A stretch of DNA of 64,000 bases, from the NCBI GenBank assembly GCA_043228905.1, contig JBHGNT010000014.1, positions 6,944,001 to 7,008,000 of the forward strand, read 5' to 3'. The notes under the pieces were generated by a model that saw only the letters and a list, made by a program, of their open reading frames with translations, ran no database searches and was not told the DNA's origin. The position numbers were made by a program, and so were the translations under genes. Positions 11,589-23,140 of this stretch are shown here, piece by piece. Every line of letters starts with the position of its first letter. Within the stretch, counting starts at the first letter, position 1. Source of the stretch: Azolla caroliniana. Lineage: Eukaryota; Plantae; Polypodiophyta.

Positions 11589-12135
11589 TGTCTAGGAATT
11601 TGTTGAATGTTAAGAGAAAACATGACCAAATATGTACATTGACAAGAAAAGAAAGCTATGTTTCAATGGTGTGATAACGTACATTACCCGGACACATTCA
11701 AAACCCACATACAAACAAAGAGTCCTCCTTGGATAAATAAATTTACCATGAGTGACTTGATTGATATACATGCAAAATGAACACACATTCACAAGCATAC
11801 CTTGGCATACATGCAAATATATCTATATATACATATACGCACAGGCATTTGGCTGCAAGATCACGATGTAGAGTAAAGCTACAGTTAGATAGGGTGATAA
11901 TAAAACTTACAAGAACGCATGAAAAGAGTTGTATGTAGTGCTACCTCTTTAAATGAAAAGAGAAAAGAAGACGTTGAGTAGAAAAACTACAACCGGAAGG
12001 GTGATAGCAAAACATACATCACCACATACGCAAAAAAAAACAACGACACATGAAAAGAGCATGCTGCGTGCAAAAAGTAGAGAGAAAAGAAAAGCAGGAA
12101 AGGATGCCCAAGGAATACAGAAAACAACCGACAAA

Positions 12136-12208
12136 TAGATATCCCGAATGGAATACTACACGTGAACGTAGACATCCCGAATGGAATGCTACACGTGATC
12201 GTAGACAT
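12136..12208 (+). promoter_or_regulatory. 2.2 x 33-bp tandem repeat, each full unit carrying a G-box (ACACGTG), upstream of the lipase
   Basis: CACGTG at 12159-12164 and 12192-12197, about 300-330 bp before the ATG. Regulatory function is inferred. Confidence 0.6.
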
Positions 12209-12283
12209 ATATATATCCCCATCAGTCAGCTTTCTGAGGAAGGTATGTGGTAACCTCGTGTCATGTTTGATTTGTTTCGACTT

Positions 12284-12304
12284 AGTGATGCCAAGCTAAG
12301 CTCC

Positions 12305-12338
<34 letters not shown>

Positions 12339-12367
12339 TGAATGAAAGGTAGGAGCTTGGCATCACT
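12284..12367 (+). promoter_or_regulatory. 18-bp inverted repeat enclosing a candidate TATA box and (TATG)n
   Basis: AGTGATGCCAAGCT[AAGCT]CCTA (12284-12306) pairs with TAGGAGCTTGGCATCACT (12350-12367); CTATATAT at 12304-12311. Confidence 0.6.
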
Positions 12368-12490
12368 CTCCTGATCTCTCTCATACACACATTCCCAGCG
12401 GTGGATCAGCTTCCATACACTAATAGTTTTGACATTTGCCTCACTCTCTCCTAGAGAATCTCATCTCTGTCTGATCTATTCAGGCCCAGG

Positions 12491-13825
12491 ATGTCCACTC
12501 AGGCACAAGCTAATGAAATTATTGGGGATCGATGGCGTGAGTTTCACGGTCGGGATGAGTGGGAAGGTTTGCTTGAGCCTTTGGACCCACTATTGAGGGA
12601 GGAGATCATCAAGTACGGAGATCTGGCTCAGCTCACATATGACGCATTCAATGCGGAGACTAACGGCAGCATCTATAAGGAGGCGGACCTTCTCAAATTA
12701 AATCCGAAGATTCTCGCTCGTGGCTACAAAGTGACGAAATACATCTACGAGATGCCGGAGGTGAGTTTGATTCCGGCGTGGCTCCAGAAATTGCGGTCGA
12801 AAGAGGAGGGTGTGTGGGTGGGGTATATTGCGGTGATGGAGGATGAGGAAGAGATCAGGCGGATGGGCCGGCGGGATGTGGCGGTGGTGTGGCGTGGCAC
12901 CCAGACGACAGAAGAGTGGTTAAAAGATATAGATGCATCTCTCGTCGAGCCCGATGAGATGGGAACACTGATTAGCGGCCTCCACTTTCACGTCACCGAT
13001 TTGGACGGTCATGTGGGCATAGAGCGTGGCTTCTGGACGCTGTACGCGTCGGGTCAGAATAGTGCACGGGTGCAAGTAACGGAGGAGATCCGGCGCCTCA
13101 TTTCCGTGTACGGTGGTGCTGGTTCGGGTGGTGTGCCGGAGCTGAGCATCACCATGACTGGGCACAGCCTGGGTGCGGCTTTGGCTCTAGTGTCTGCGTA
13201 CGACGTTGCGGCCCTTGGCCTCAATTCGTCGGCGCCCATCTCCGTCATCTCGTTTGCGGGGCCCCGAGTGGGGAACGCTGCGTTCAAGCGGCGGCTCCAC
13301 GATGAGCTGAAGGTGAACGTGTTACGCGTCGTTAACTCCCGCGACGTTGTGCCCAAAGTCCCCGGGTCCCTGGTGTCCGTTCTGGACGATGAAGCCGAGG
13401 TGGAGGAGCAAGTGGAGGATCCCTCATTATCCAATATCCTCCACACTCTCCTACATGCGGCCCACCCTGCGTACGTCCACGTGGGTATCGCCCTCCACTT
13501 GGACAACAGCCATTCCCCGTTCTTGAAAACCTCCGCGCAGCTTGCTGATGTCCACAACCTTGAGGTCTATCTACATCTCTTGGATGGCTATCGTAGCACA
13601 GCCGAACCATTCGTTGGTCCACGACCTATTAACTACCAACAGGTTAGTGAGAAGTCCCCTAGCTTCGATTCCCTTCCCGAGAGTCTTCTGCAACTCTACG
13701 TAGACTTCCTCAGCCGCAACATCGCCCTTGTCAATAAGAGCTCCGGCTTATTGCATGATGACCTTCAAATCCCTCCCAACTGGTGGCCAACATTCATCAC
13801 AACCCAAAAAAACACTACATCGTAA
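12491..13825 (+). CDS. Phospholipase A1, DAD1-like (Lipase_3 family), intronless, 444 aa
   Basis: WREFHG..WEGLLEPLDPLLREEIIKYG; GRRDVAVVWRGT; lipase nucleophile motif TGHSLGAALA; SFAGPRVGN; RVVNSRDVVPKVP (catalytic D); HNLEVYLHLLDG (catalytic H); ALVNKS...IPPNWW. Confidence 0.96.
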   Translation: MSTQAQANEIIGDRWREFHGRDEWEGLLEPLDPLLREEIIKYGDLAQLTYDAFNAETNGSIYKEADLLKLNPKILARGYKVTKYIYEMPEVSLIPAWLQKLRSKEEGVWVGYIAVMEDEEEIRRMGRRDVAVVWRGTQTTEEWLKDIDASLVEPDEMGTLISGLHFHVTDLDGHVGIERGFWTLYASGQNSARVQVTEEIRRLISVYGGAGSGGVPELSITMTGHSLGAALALVSAYDVAALGLNSSAPISVISFAGPRVGNAAFKRRLHDELKVNVLRVVNSRDVVPKVPGSLVSVLDDEAEVEEQVEDPSLSNILHTLLHAAHPAYVHVGIALHLDNSHSPFLKTSAQLADVHNLEVYLHLLDGYRSTAEPFVGPRPINYQQVSEKSPSFDSLPESLLQLYVDFLSRNIALVNKSSGLLHDDLQIPPNWWPTFITTQKNTTS

Positions 13826-14959
13826 ACCACTTAAAGAATCATGGATCCCAACATGCATTGTCTTTTTAATATTCACTAGGATTTATTAGCATTCAATTAT
13901 CTCCTTCTATGCACTACACTTTAGTAGCTAAGGTTATTATGCACCCTCATTTAGCAAAATGTTTTTTGTTGATTATAATTCCATGCAATCCTCTCTTTTT
14001 TTTTTCTTTTTTTTTTTTTACTACTTTCATCTTGAAATGATTGCCTAGAATTAATTTCTCGTAATATACCAACATATCTTTTGTAACCCTTAAATCATCC
14101 GAATTGATATCGCTTCTATCTATGAATCAGTTGTGTGACATCCTAATTATATCCATTTTTCGTGTCACACACACAATTGCTCTATCAAGAAATCTCCAAA
14201 TGAACAAAACCCCTAACACATACATAGGAAGTGGTGAGGTAGCTAATTAAACAAGTACAAAAATAAAATAATTCCTAATTCTACGACTCTATGATCAAGG
14301 GGTTGAAAATTTTAACCAATTAACCTCAAACAAGATATAGCTTTTGAACCAAAAATAATGAGCTTCTTTAGCTTCATCTTACTCATTACATCTTTGTTAT
14401 ATTAAATGAAGCTAGTGACTAATGTGATTCAGAATTGTTGTGGCGATGAGTCAGTCAAAATGCTCATATGCTTTGCAATCATATAGGTGTACATAAGCAA
14501 TGGGGTTAAGGGGCATTAGTTTAGGATCAGAAACCAAAGTGAGACGAATAGGAAAAACCTTTAACAACGATAAATGATGTGCAAGTGACATTCACGATGG
14601 AGTGTTGGGACATGGTGAAATTGTGGTATGTCTTGGGTAGCAATAATTAAGTAGTAGGAATCAAACCTAAGTCATTGGTTATGCGATACATGTATTGAGT
14701 TCTCATTTTTTCCTTGAAAAAGATTATCTACAATATATCATTTATACAAGTATTCAAGATCATCCATGGCACACATGAATTGGTGAATCTCGATTCATTG
14801 ATTGACTAGTGATTTTTGCTAGAATATAATATTGTAAAACTTTCCTTTTATATCTTAAGTATTGTGATATTTAGTGATAGTATTATATACATTAGAACAT
14901 TAGATATAATTTTTCATACATTGATTTATATCGAGTACGGTGATCTATTTTAGAGATAA

Positions 14960-16045
14960 AAATATTGGGACATTATATTGAGTAACTACTCACTTTACTA
15001 CTGCACCTACTCTATCATGCTCACCTTGCCCATCCAAAAAAGTTCCATCTCAACTCCAATCCTATTTCAGAAGCATAACTTCCAACAAAATAAAATCGTC
15101 ATTTAACCTTGAATTGTGATGCAGCTCCATCAGACCAAAACCAATGTTGAGTAAGCTCTAGATGTTGATCTAACAACCATTTCCTATGTAATTTAAAACA
15201 ATGTTGGACAAACAAGGTATCACGCTTCGTATCATTAGATATAAAGAAATGAATTACGTTATTTACATCACATGAAACTCAAGAATAAGTTATACGAAGT
15301 AAAATTGTTACCAGTGCAAGCCACCAATGCATGGCTTGAATTTCATTTTGCCCCTTGAAATTATAATTCTTTGCAAAATCTATAACTGAGACAACTACGT
15401 CATTAGAAAATGAGCTATGCAGGTTTTGAACTAATTAGTTTACCATAAGTAAATAAAGTTGTGCTTAATGAACATTTTTAGAGATACTAAAAACAGAGAC
15501 GACAAGTCCCTTGGTTGAAGCAATCTGTTAGCTAAGTCCTTTCCTTTACACGCCTTGCCTTTGTAAGTTATCTCAACCTTTTCAAATAGCTTGACATGGA
15601 TTAAATTTTCACTACTCAACTCTTTTGGACACCACCTAAATCTAGCAGGTCCACAATCTGAACATATACCCATGACACATTTGTAATTGTGGAATATAAC
15701 CTCAAATCCTCAAGGACGCAATACACAATACTGAACCTAAAAGACGAATAATTGATTTGTAAACATGCACTTATGTCTTACATTGTTTTCTATGGTTAAA
15801 TTGAGAAATTGGGCATTCACAAGTGCATACCACATGCTATAGTGAAGAGCTATGGTGATAGAGTAGGTTAGCATAATCCCTGAGAAAACCCATTTGTACG
15901 TGGTAAATGCAACAACATGTGAATCGGTCCTTCAAGCGTTTCACAATAAAGGTTTAAGAGACTCGAATGTTCGTAGTTGAACTTTGATTGTTGGATGCAT
16001 TTTCTTAAACCTTGTAAATATATCAACTTGTGTAAAAAAGGGTAT
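14960..16045 (-). pseudogene. Decayed DDE/D DNA-transposon transposase (Sola2-like motif set)
   Basis: Manual minus-strand translation gives, in order: FTRFKKMHPTIKVQLRTFESLKP (~16020-15950); CVMGICSDCG (ORF 15440-15673); SVIDFAKNYNFKGQNEIQAMHWW (~15390-15320); FISNDTKRDTLFVQHCF; WFWSDGAASQFK (~15145-15108); WNFF..G.GEHDRVGAVVK (~15050-14992). Stops and frameshifts present. Confidence 0.8.
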
Positions 16046-16430
16046 TTGATTAGTTATTAGCAACTATTTAGCTATACCTACTAACTCAAGTAGCTAATCA
16101 GCTCTAACTAAAAACTGACTAAAAAATCTAGCTAAATAGGGTATCTAATTACTTATTCGTAACTATTTAGCTATGTCTTCTACTTCATGTAGCTAATTAG
16201 CTATTTAGTTTTCTATTTAGCTAGTGAGTTGTGGCTGGTAACTATGATAATTTAATTAGCTTATTAGGTTTCCATCACTAATTAGCTATGACTACTAATT
16301 CATATAGCTAATTAGGTGTCAATATTGTATTTGCATTCTTAGCTATAGTAATATAGGTAACTTATTAGTTATTTGTAGTTAATTAGCTATGGTTAGTAAA
16401 TTATATACCTAATAAGCTATTAATAATGTA
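16045..16430. repeat. Degenerate AT-rich array of short (T/A)TAGCTA(AT) motifs in both orientations
   Basis: More than ten tagcta/ttagct cores in ~390 bp; ends abruptly at the copia insertion at 16435. Confidence 0.7.
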
Positions 16431-16434
16431 TTTT

Positions 16435-18428
16435 TGTTGAGAGACAAGCTCAACATCGGCCGGATCGGTTGGGACCGATCGGTTAGGCCGTTAGGAAAGA
16501 TATTCCGTGAGGAATATATTTGGGAGTTAGTGTAGGAGCTCTTAATGAGCATTGAAGTACTGACAGTACTCCAGTCAGTCCTTCTAGGGCTTGTACAAAG
16601 TGTTCATTGAACACATATATGTATAGTTTTTTGTTTTTCATAATATTAATTCTCCTCTTGGTGTCTTCTCTCCAACTCTCTCGGTCTCTCCCGCGTATAC
16701 TGTGTAAGCTCAAGCTCTCCATTAAACCTGAATGTTCTCGCTTCTGTTATGTCTTTATACTTGCTTCTGCATGCTACTTTTTACATGGTATCAGAGCGCG
16801 AGGGTTGAGAACCTCTCTGTAGCCGACACATCTTGACAAAGAAGAACAAGAAGAACGATGGATAGAGGCATGGTGAGCTCGCTTCCAACAGAGATGCTCG
16901 ACAGAACCAACTACGCGTCTTGGTCCTACAAGATGCACCAGTACCTGCTCGGGCATGGCTACTGGAGTTATGTCGAAGGAGCTAATGACGCGGCACCCGA
17001 ATCGACACACAAAGACTTTCCGTCGTGGGAGCAATCGGCGAGCAGGGTATTATACTGCTTCGCGTCGTGTGTGGGCGAACAGCTATTGAGCTATGTTCGG
17101 GGTGCAAAGACGCCGAAGGGTGCGTGGGAAAATCGGAAGAAGATTTTTGCCGCAAGCACCACAACCAGGAAGCTTCAGCTCCGACAAGAGTTGAGCAACC
17201 TACGACAACACGACTTGTTGGTGGCGGACTATACCTCGAAGATCAAGGATATCTGCGACTCCCTCGCCTCCATAGAGGTGAACATCAAGGAGAGCGAGAT
17301 GGTCCAGATCTGTCTCGGAGGTTTGGCGTCGAAGTTCGGAGCGTTCCGAACGGCTGTGTGTACCCGGGAGAATACGCCGTCCTTTTTCGACTTACAGTCG
17401 ATGCTCTTGGTAGAGGAGAACCACGCGGGTGCGTCTACTAGCACGCACACCGACAACAGAATGTTGTACACGGAGGGAGATAGGCCTCGTGGACGTGGAG
17501 GACGAGGCGAGTCGGCGCGCAATGGAGGCGGCCGACGAGATCAAGGAAGAAGGCACCGAAGTGATGCCGACAGCAACTTTGGACCATCCAGAAACAGGGG
17601 GAGTCGAAGCGATGAGAACCGGCAAGGGAACGCCATCGCGGAGTGCTGGTACTGTGGCAAGAAAGGCCACAGGGAAAGTGAGTGTTGGAAGAAGCGCGTC
17701 GATTCGGAGAGAAACGGCTCCAGACATACCGACAAGGGAAATCGGCAGCGATCGCACTACGCCGAAGACTCCGGGAGAGACGGAGAAGGGTCTGCCTTCG
17801 TGTCGACACACGAAGCAAACTCAATGAAACAGAGCACCTCAAGATCGGACAAGGTGTGGTACGTAGACTCCGGCGCGTCAAACCACATGATGAGCCATAA
17901 GGAGTAGTCGCAACTGGAGACGACACTCCGCATCCGATCGCGAATGTCGGAGAAGTTCCCCTTAGCCATGTTGGGCAGAAAGGGAAACTCATGAACGTGT
18001 TGCACGTTCCGACAATCACGAAAAACTTGGTCTTAGTTGGAAAGATCGTCGACCAAGGGATGGAGGTTCGGTTTACACACCTCGGGTCCTTCATTGAGGA
18101 AGAAGGCCGTGTTATTGCGCAAGGGTGCAGAGACGGGAGGATGTTTATCCTCGATTCCACTGATAGCGGCACCGCAATGGTCGTGAAGGGACAAAAAGCC
18201 GAGTCGGACATCGACTTGTGGCACAAGCGGATAGGCCACGTCAACTACCAGCGGCTTCAAGATCTGCAATCGAAACAGGTAGTGTTCGGAATGCCCAAAT
18301 TTAGTGGCCAAAAGGCACAAATTTGTGAAGCCTGCCAGCTCGGGAAGCAACACTGACTTCCTTTCCCCAACGAGCGAAACCGGAGCCGGAACAAGCTCGA
18401 CCTTATACACTCCGATGTATGGGGACCT
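16435..18428 (+). mobile_element. Copia 'family C', truncated: 5' LTR 16435-16785, Met PBS 16786-16797, gag-protease (16858-17907), pre-integrase region
   Basis: TGTTGAG...TTACA then TGGTATCAGAGC; CWYCGKKGHRESEC; WYVDSGASNHM; LWHKRIGH...CEACQLGKQ; homologous to 50757-52780. Confidence 0.93.
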
Positions 18429-18790
18429 TATAAATATGACTTAGGGCAAACTTTAGTCATGTTGATGTTGTCATTCTTGTTGGCACAAGATTAGAGCGCA
18501 TAACTGTGTACAGAGAGAATGAGAGAGAGGAAGAGGTTGTTGCCTTTGTTGTAACCGCCGCCTATGGCGAAGATAGCAAGCTTAAGGTCGTTGCTTCGGT
18601 GTTTTACTATTGTACATTCTGATATAGTGATAGTTCGCAGTCTGTGGGCTGCCGTGGTTTTTTCCCTAGTTTGGGTTTTCCACGTAAACATCCTGTGTAC
18701 TCTTCTCTCCTTTGCGTCGTGTATTCATTCCCCGTTTTTTCTGTGTATGATTCTAAGTTCGGTTGTGGCTGAGTGTTGCGCATAGGGAGC
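18429..18790 (+). repeat. 3' half of a Tork-family LTR fused directly to the family C integrase
   Basis: tataaatatgacttagggcaaac, ccgccgcctatggcga and ccgtggtttttccc...gggttttccacgt match 45118-45400. Confidence 0.8.
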
Positions 18791-20354
18791 GGAGCGTGTG
18801 TCCTTGCCACCTCTTTGGTAGGGAGTGTTCTTTCGAGTTCTCCCACCATCAACCACGAACTCATTTTGTCCATTTCCATGACCCGATCAATGACCTGGTC
18901 TATTGTGTTGGTCCGAAAATCTATGACCGCACACACGGTTCGAAGAGGTTCCCGGAGCGTTCCCGGTTCGAAAAGGTTCTAGTTGTCGCAGTGCTCTGGT
19001 GAGTTGACTATGCATTGTCTAGAACTGGATAATGCACTATTGAATAGTTTTGGATAGGTCTTGCCATGTGCTATAAAATTGGCCGACAATCACTCTTTGA
19101 TCCACATGTTTGTGGAAGAAGCAATCTAGTCTTTAAATACTCAAACGTGACGTGGGTCCCTCTAAAGTCATGCCGAATTCCACAATTTTTGATCGTTCTA
19201 CCTCGGCTTCATTCAGTCATTGGGAGACATGATTCGCCTCCCAAGTTTGGAAACACGCGTATACATGGGCTTCCGCGTCCGGGTCATCCCAATACTTCAG
19301 ATATTGGTACGGCATTGTGTCGTCGTCTTCTTGTGTTGTCGGGGCCAGTGTCGGAACTCACTCCACCTGTTCCCTCGGTGACTCGGGTTGTGGTGTGAAA
19401 CTCATTCCTCCTCTTGGTGTTTTGTGCCAATCGTTTTGTCTAGAGTTTCCGGTTTTGTTGTTGCCGGGTCCGGTTTTGTTGTTTCTAGCTCCGGTGTCGG
19501 TATGTGGTCCGCCTCGTCGTCTTCCGGGTCGTCTGGGTATCGTGGCTACTACGATAATTAGATTGGACGGTGTGTTCGCCGTCTGAATCCGATTCGATGG
19601 CGGAGAACGCTTCCGAACCGTCGTCTCTTGCAACAAGTGTCTGCAGAATGGACTCCGCTTCCTGCAGACTGCTCAGATTACTTCCTTCGTCCATGTGGTG
19701 GTTTTGTTGCAATCAGAGTGACTCCTCGGCGACCCGCCGAATCACTCTAGAAAAATACCGATACGACCGGATCTCCTCTGCCGCCTACTGGTAAGCCTCC
19801 CGCTTCTGCAATCTCTCGGCGAGTCTTCTCGCTCGCTCGACCACTGGGTCGTTCGTTGGTCTATTCATCCATTCCCTCGTTGTTCACTGCATTTTTTGTA
19901 GGAATTGTGGTCTCCAAAACTATCGGTGACTCGGGTTGTACAAGACGCTAACACAGGGTGTCCCTTTGGAACACTTCACTAAAGGGGTGGTATGGTAAGG
20001 AATGTGCAGTCCGTGATACAGGACCGATCCTTCCCGGTTACTATCCGGAATGATTAACTTGATACATGCGTATGATAATCACATTAAGCACAAAACGGTA
20101 TTAACAAGATACACAATATGTAAAGACACAACACCTCTCTATTAATTATCTGTCATTCCTTACATTGTCTCCGGATCCTTTTATAGGTATCCGGCTAGGT
20201 TTCAAACTGGTGCCAACCGACAACCGGCTACGAACCGGTTCAGATCTGGATCGGCATACTGATTCTGGGTTCATCCGCCCGCTCTTATGATTATCATAAT
20301 TTAACTAATTACAACTCCCAAAAACCAGCTCCCCCTTTCATACTCTGGCCTAAC
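18790..20354 (-). mobile_element. Family B element: LTR ~20354-19988, leader, decayed gag-like ORF
   Basis: Homologous to 6715-7905 (ARRL...REAYQ.AA..I, AFS..ESD); Retrotrans_gag-like fragments at 18800-19260. Confidence 0.7.
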
Positions 20355-20419
20355 TGGCCAATAGAAATTGGCAAAGCTTGCACTATGCAAAAGGATCGAA
20401 ATGATCCGGAACTTGTTGA

Positions 20420-21397
20420 GTGGGCATGCTCAAAAGGATCTGGATTGGTATTCGGAATGAAGAACCAAATAAGTACCCGTATCAGTGTTCGGATATATCG
20501 GTATCCAGAACCTAGAGACGGATTGGAGAACCAGATTGTACTCTGGAATAGTGAGAATCGGTAGGCCATTGGAGCCTACGGTCCGAACCTAGTATGTAGG
20601 CATATTCCTTGGAGTTAGTCTTACTCGCTCGTATGAGCATTGAAGTACAAATTGTCGGAAGCCTTATGTACTTAACTATCACCAGACCCGACATTAGTTA
20701 TCCGGTCGGAGTGATTAGCGAATTCATGCAGAAGCGGACCGTGGAGCACCTTTAGTGCGCACACCGGATACTCCTGTATATTAGCAACAATAAAGATCGG
20801 GGACTGTTCTACGGACACGGTAAAACCATGGAGCTAGTTGGCTATACTATTGCCGACTGGGTAGGAGATGCAAGGGATCATCGATCTACTTCCGGATACA
20901 TTTTTTCGGTTGGTAATGCAGTTGTTGCGTGGAATAGCAAAAAGTAGCCGACTGTAGCTCTCTCAAGCATGGAGGCTAAGTATCAGGGTGCTACCATTGC
21001 CACCTGTGAAGCCATCTGGCTTCGGCGATTGTTGCAAGACCTCCAGATCGAGGTACTGACCCCGGTCCTAATGTATTGTGACAATGTAAGCAACATACAA
21101 CTCACTAAGAACCCTGTATTTCATGCTCGGACAAAGCACATAGAAGTAGATTATCACTTTGTGCATGAACGGGTCCTGAACGGTGAAGTTGAACTTTGGT
21201 ATGTTCACACAGATCAGCAGGTTGCTCACATCTTCACCAAGCCACTCGGATGGGACAAGTTGCATCACTTCTCGGGGATGCTCGGTCTACATCCTCTTGA
21301 CGTGTTGCACTTGAGGGGGAGAATGAATGCAGGGAATTGCACCAGACAAACAGTCGGAGAGAAGGGAACAAATGAAACAAGGGGCGACAAGAAGACG
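20420..21397 (+). pseudogene. Copia (family C-like) LTR fragment joined to an RT C-terminus / RNase H remnant
   Basis: QIVGSLMYLTITRPDISY from ~20648; CDN...KNPVFHARTKHIEV.YHF (ORF 20969-21424). Confidence 0.85.
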
Positions 21398-23140
21398 ATG
21401 CTATGTGGACACGAACTCGCATGATGGTTCACAATATTTTGTGACCTTCATTGATGACTATAGCAGGAAGTTGTGGGCTTCTGTGCTCAAGACAAAGGAT
21501 CAAGTGTTATCCGTTTTCAAAGAGTTTGAAGCGAGGGCCAAGAGAGAAACCAGCAGAAAACTGAAGGCAGTACGAGCGGACAATGGCGGAGAGTACCGTG
21601 GATTGTTCGAGGAATATTGCCGAAATCAAGGAATCTGGTTGGAGTATACCATGCTGAAGACGCCAGAGCTTAATTGTTTGGCCAAGAGAATGAACCGGAC
21701 CGTAATGGAAAGGGTCCGAAGTATGCTTGCACTTGCTAAGTTACGAAAGATGTTCTGGCCGAGGCGCTGATGACGGAAGCATATGTGATAAATCGATCAC
21801 CCTCAGTACCCTTGGACACAAGTTGCACTATTTTGAGCTTGATTCTCAACACACCCCCTCAAGCTCAACTTGGGTCAGTTCCTTTCTATTGATGTCCACT
21901 TCGGCAGGTATACGGTTCGGGGACAACCTCCTTCCGGAGGTGAAGAATGTACAACATGAGAAGTGCATTGATTGCTTGGCTGGTAAACAGAATTGAACAT
22001 CCTTCCGAACGAGGCCCCCGATGAGGAAAAAAATGTGGGTTGAACTCGAGCATACAGACGTATGTTATGTGGACACGAAGTCGCATGATAGTTCACAGTA
22101 TTTTGTTACCTTCATTGATGACTATAGCAGGAAGTTGTGGGCTTCCATGCTCAAGATGAAGGATCAAGTGTTATCCGTCTTCAAAGTGTTTGAAGTGAGG
22201 GCCGAGAGAGAAACCAACCGAAAACTGAAGGCAGTACGAGCGGACAATGGCGGAGAGTACCGTGGATTGTTCGAGGAATATTGCCGAAATCAAGGAATCT
22301 GGTTGGAGTATACCATGCCGAAGACGCTAGAGCTTAATTGTCTGGCCAAGAGAATGAACCGGACCGTAATGGAAAGGGTGTGAAGTATGCTTGCACTTGT
22401 TAAGTTACGAAAGATGTTCTGGCTGAGGCGCTGATGACGGAAGCATATGTGATAAATCGATCCCCCTCAGTACCCTTGGACACAAGTTGCACTATTTTGA
22501 GCTTGATTCTCAACACACCCCCTCAAGCTCAACTTGGGTCGGTTCCTTTCGATTGATGTCCACTTCGGCAGGTATACGGTTCGGGGACAACCTCCTTCCG
22601 GAGGTGAAGAACGTACAACATGAGAAGTGTACTGATTGCTTGGCTAGTAAACAGAATTGAACATCCTTCCAAACGAGGCCCCCGATGAGGAAAAAAATGT
22701 GGGTTGAACTCGAGCATACAGACGTATGCTATGTGGACACGAAGTCGCATGATGGTTCACAGTATTTTGTGACCTTCATTGATGACTATAGCAAGAAGTT
22801 GTGGGCTTCCATGCTCAAGACGAAGGATCAAGTGTTATACGTCTTCAAAGTGTTTGAAGCGAGGGCCGAGAGAGAAACCAACCGAAAACTGAAGGCAGTA
22901 CGAGTGGACAATGGCGGAGAGTACCGTCGATTATTCGAGGAATATTGCCGAAATCAAGAAATCTGGCTCGAGTATACCATGCCAAACACGCCAGATCTTA
23001 ATTTTCTGGCCAAGAGAATGAACCAGACCGTAATGGAAAGGGTCTGAAGTATGCTTGCACATGCTAAGTTACCGAATAGGTTCTGGCCGAGGCGCTAATG
23101 ATGGTAGCATATGTGATAAATCGATCACCCTCAGTACCCT
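21398..23140 (+). repeat. Tandem array, ~2.6 x 664 bp, of a Tork-like integrase segment with a 102-bp foreign filler at each junction
   Basis: Units start at 21398, 22062 and 22726; fillers 21817-21918 and 22481-22582 match 24384-24485. Confidence 0.92.

Noticed and set aside
11949-12253. Lys-rich and Phe-rich short ORFs upstream of the lipase
   Set aside because: Products of A-rich low-complexity sequence and the 33-bp repeat; no protein motifs.
12284-12367. Known microRNA precursor
   Set aside because: The arms do not match any conserved plant miRNA I can recognise beyond a short TGCCAAGCT word; cannot be supported without small-RNA data.
21398-23140. CRISPR-like or other repeat-spacer array
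   Set aside because: Whole 664-bp units repeat, with no unique spacers and no cas genes; the context is eukaryotic.
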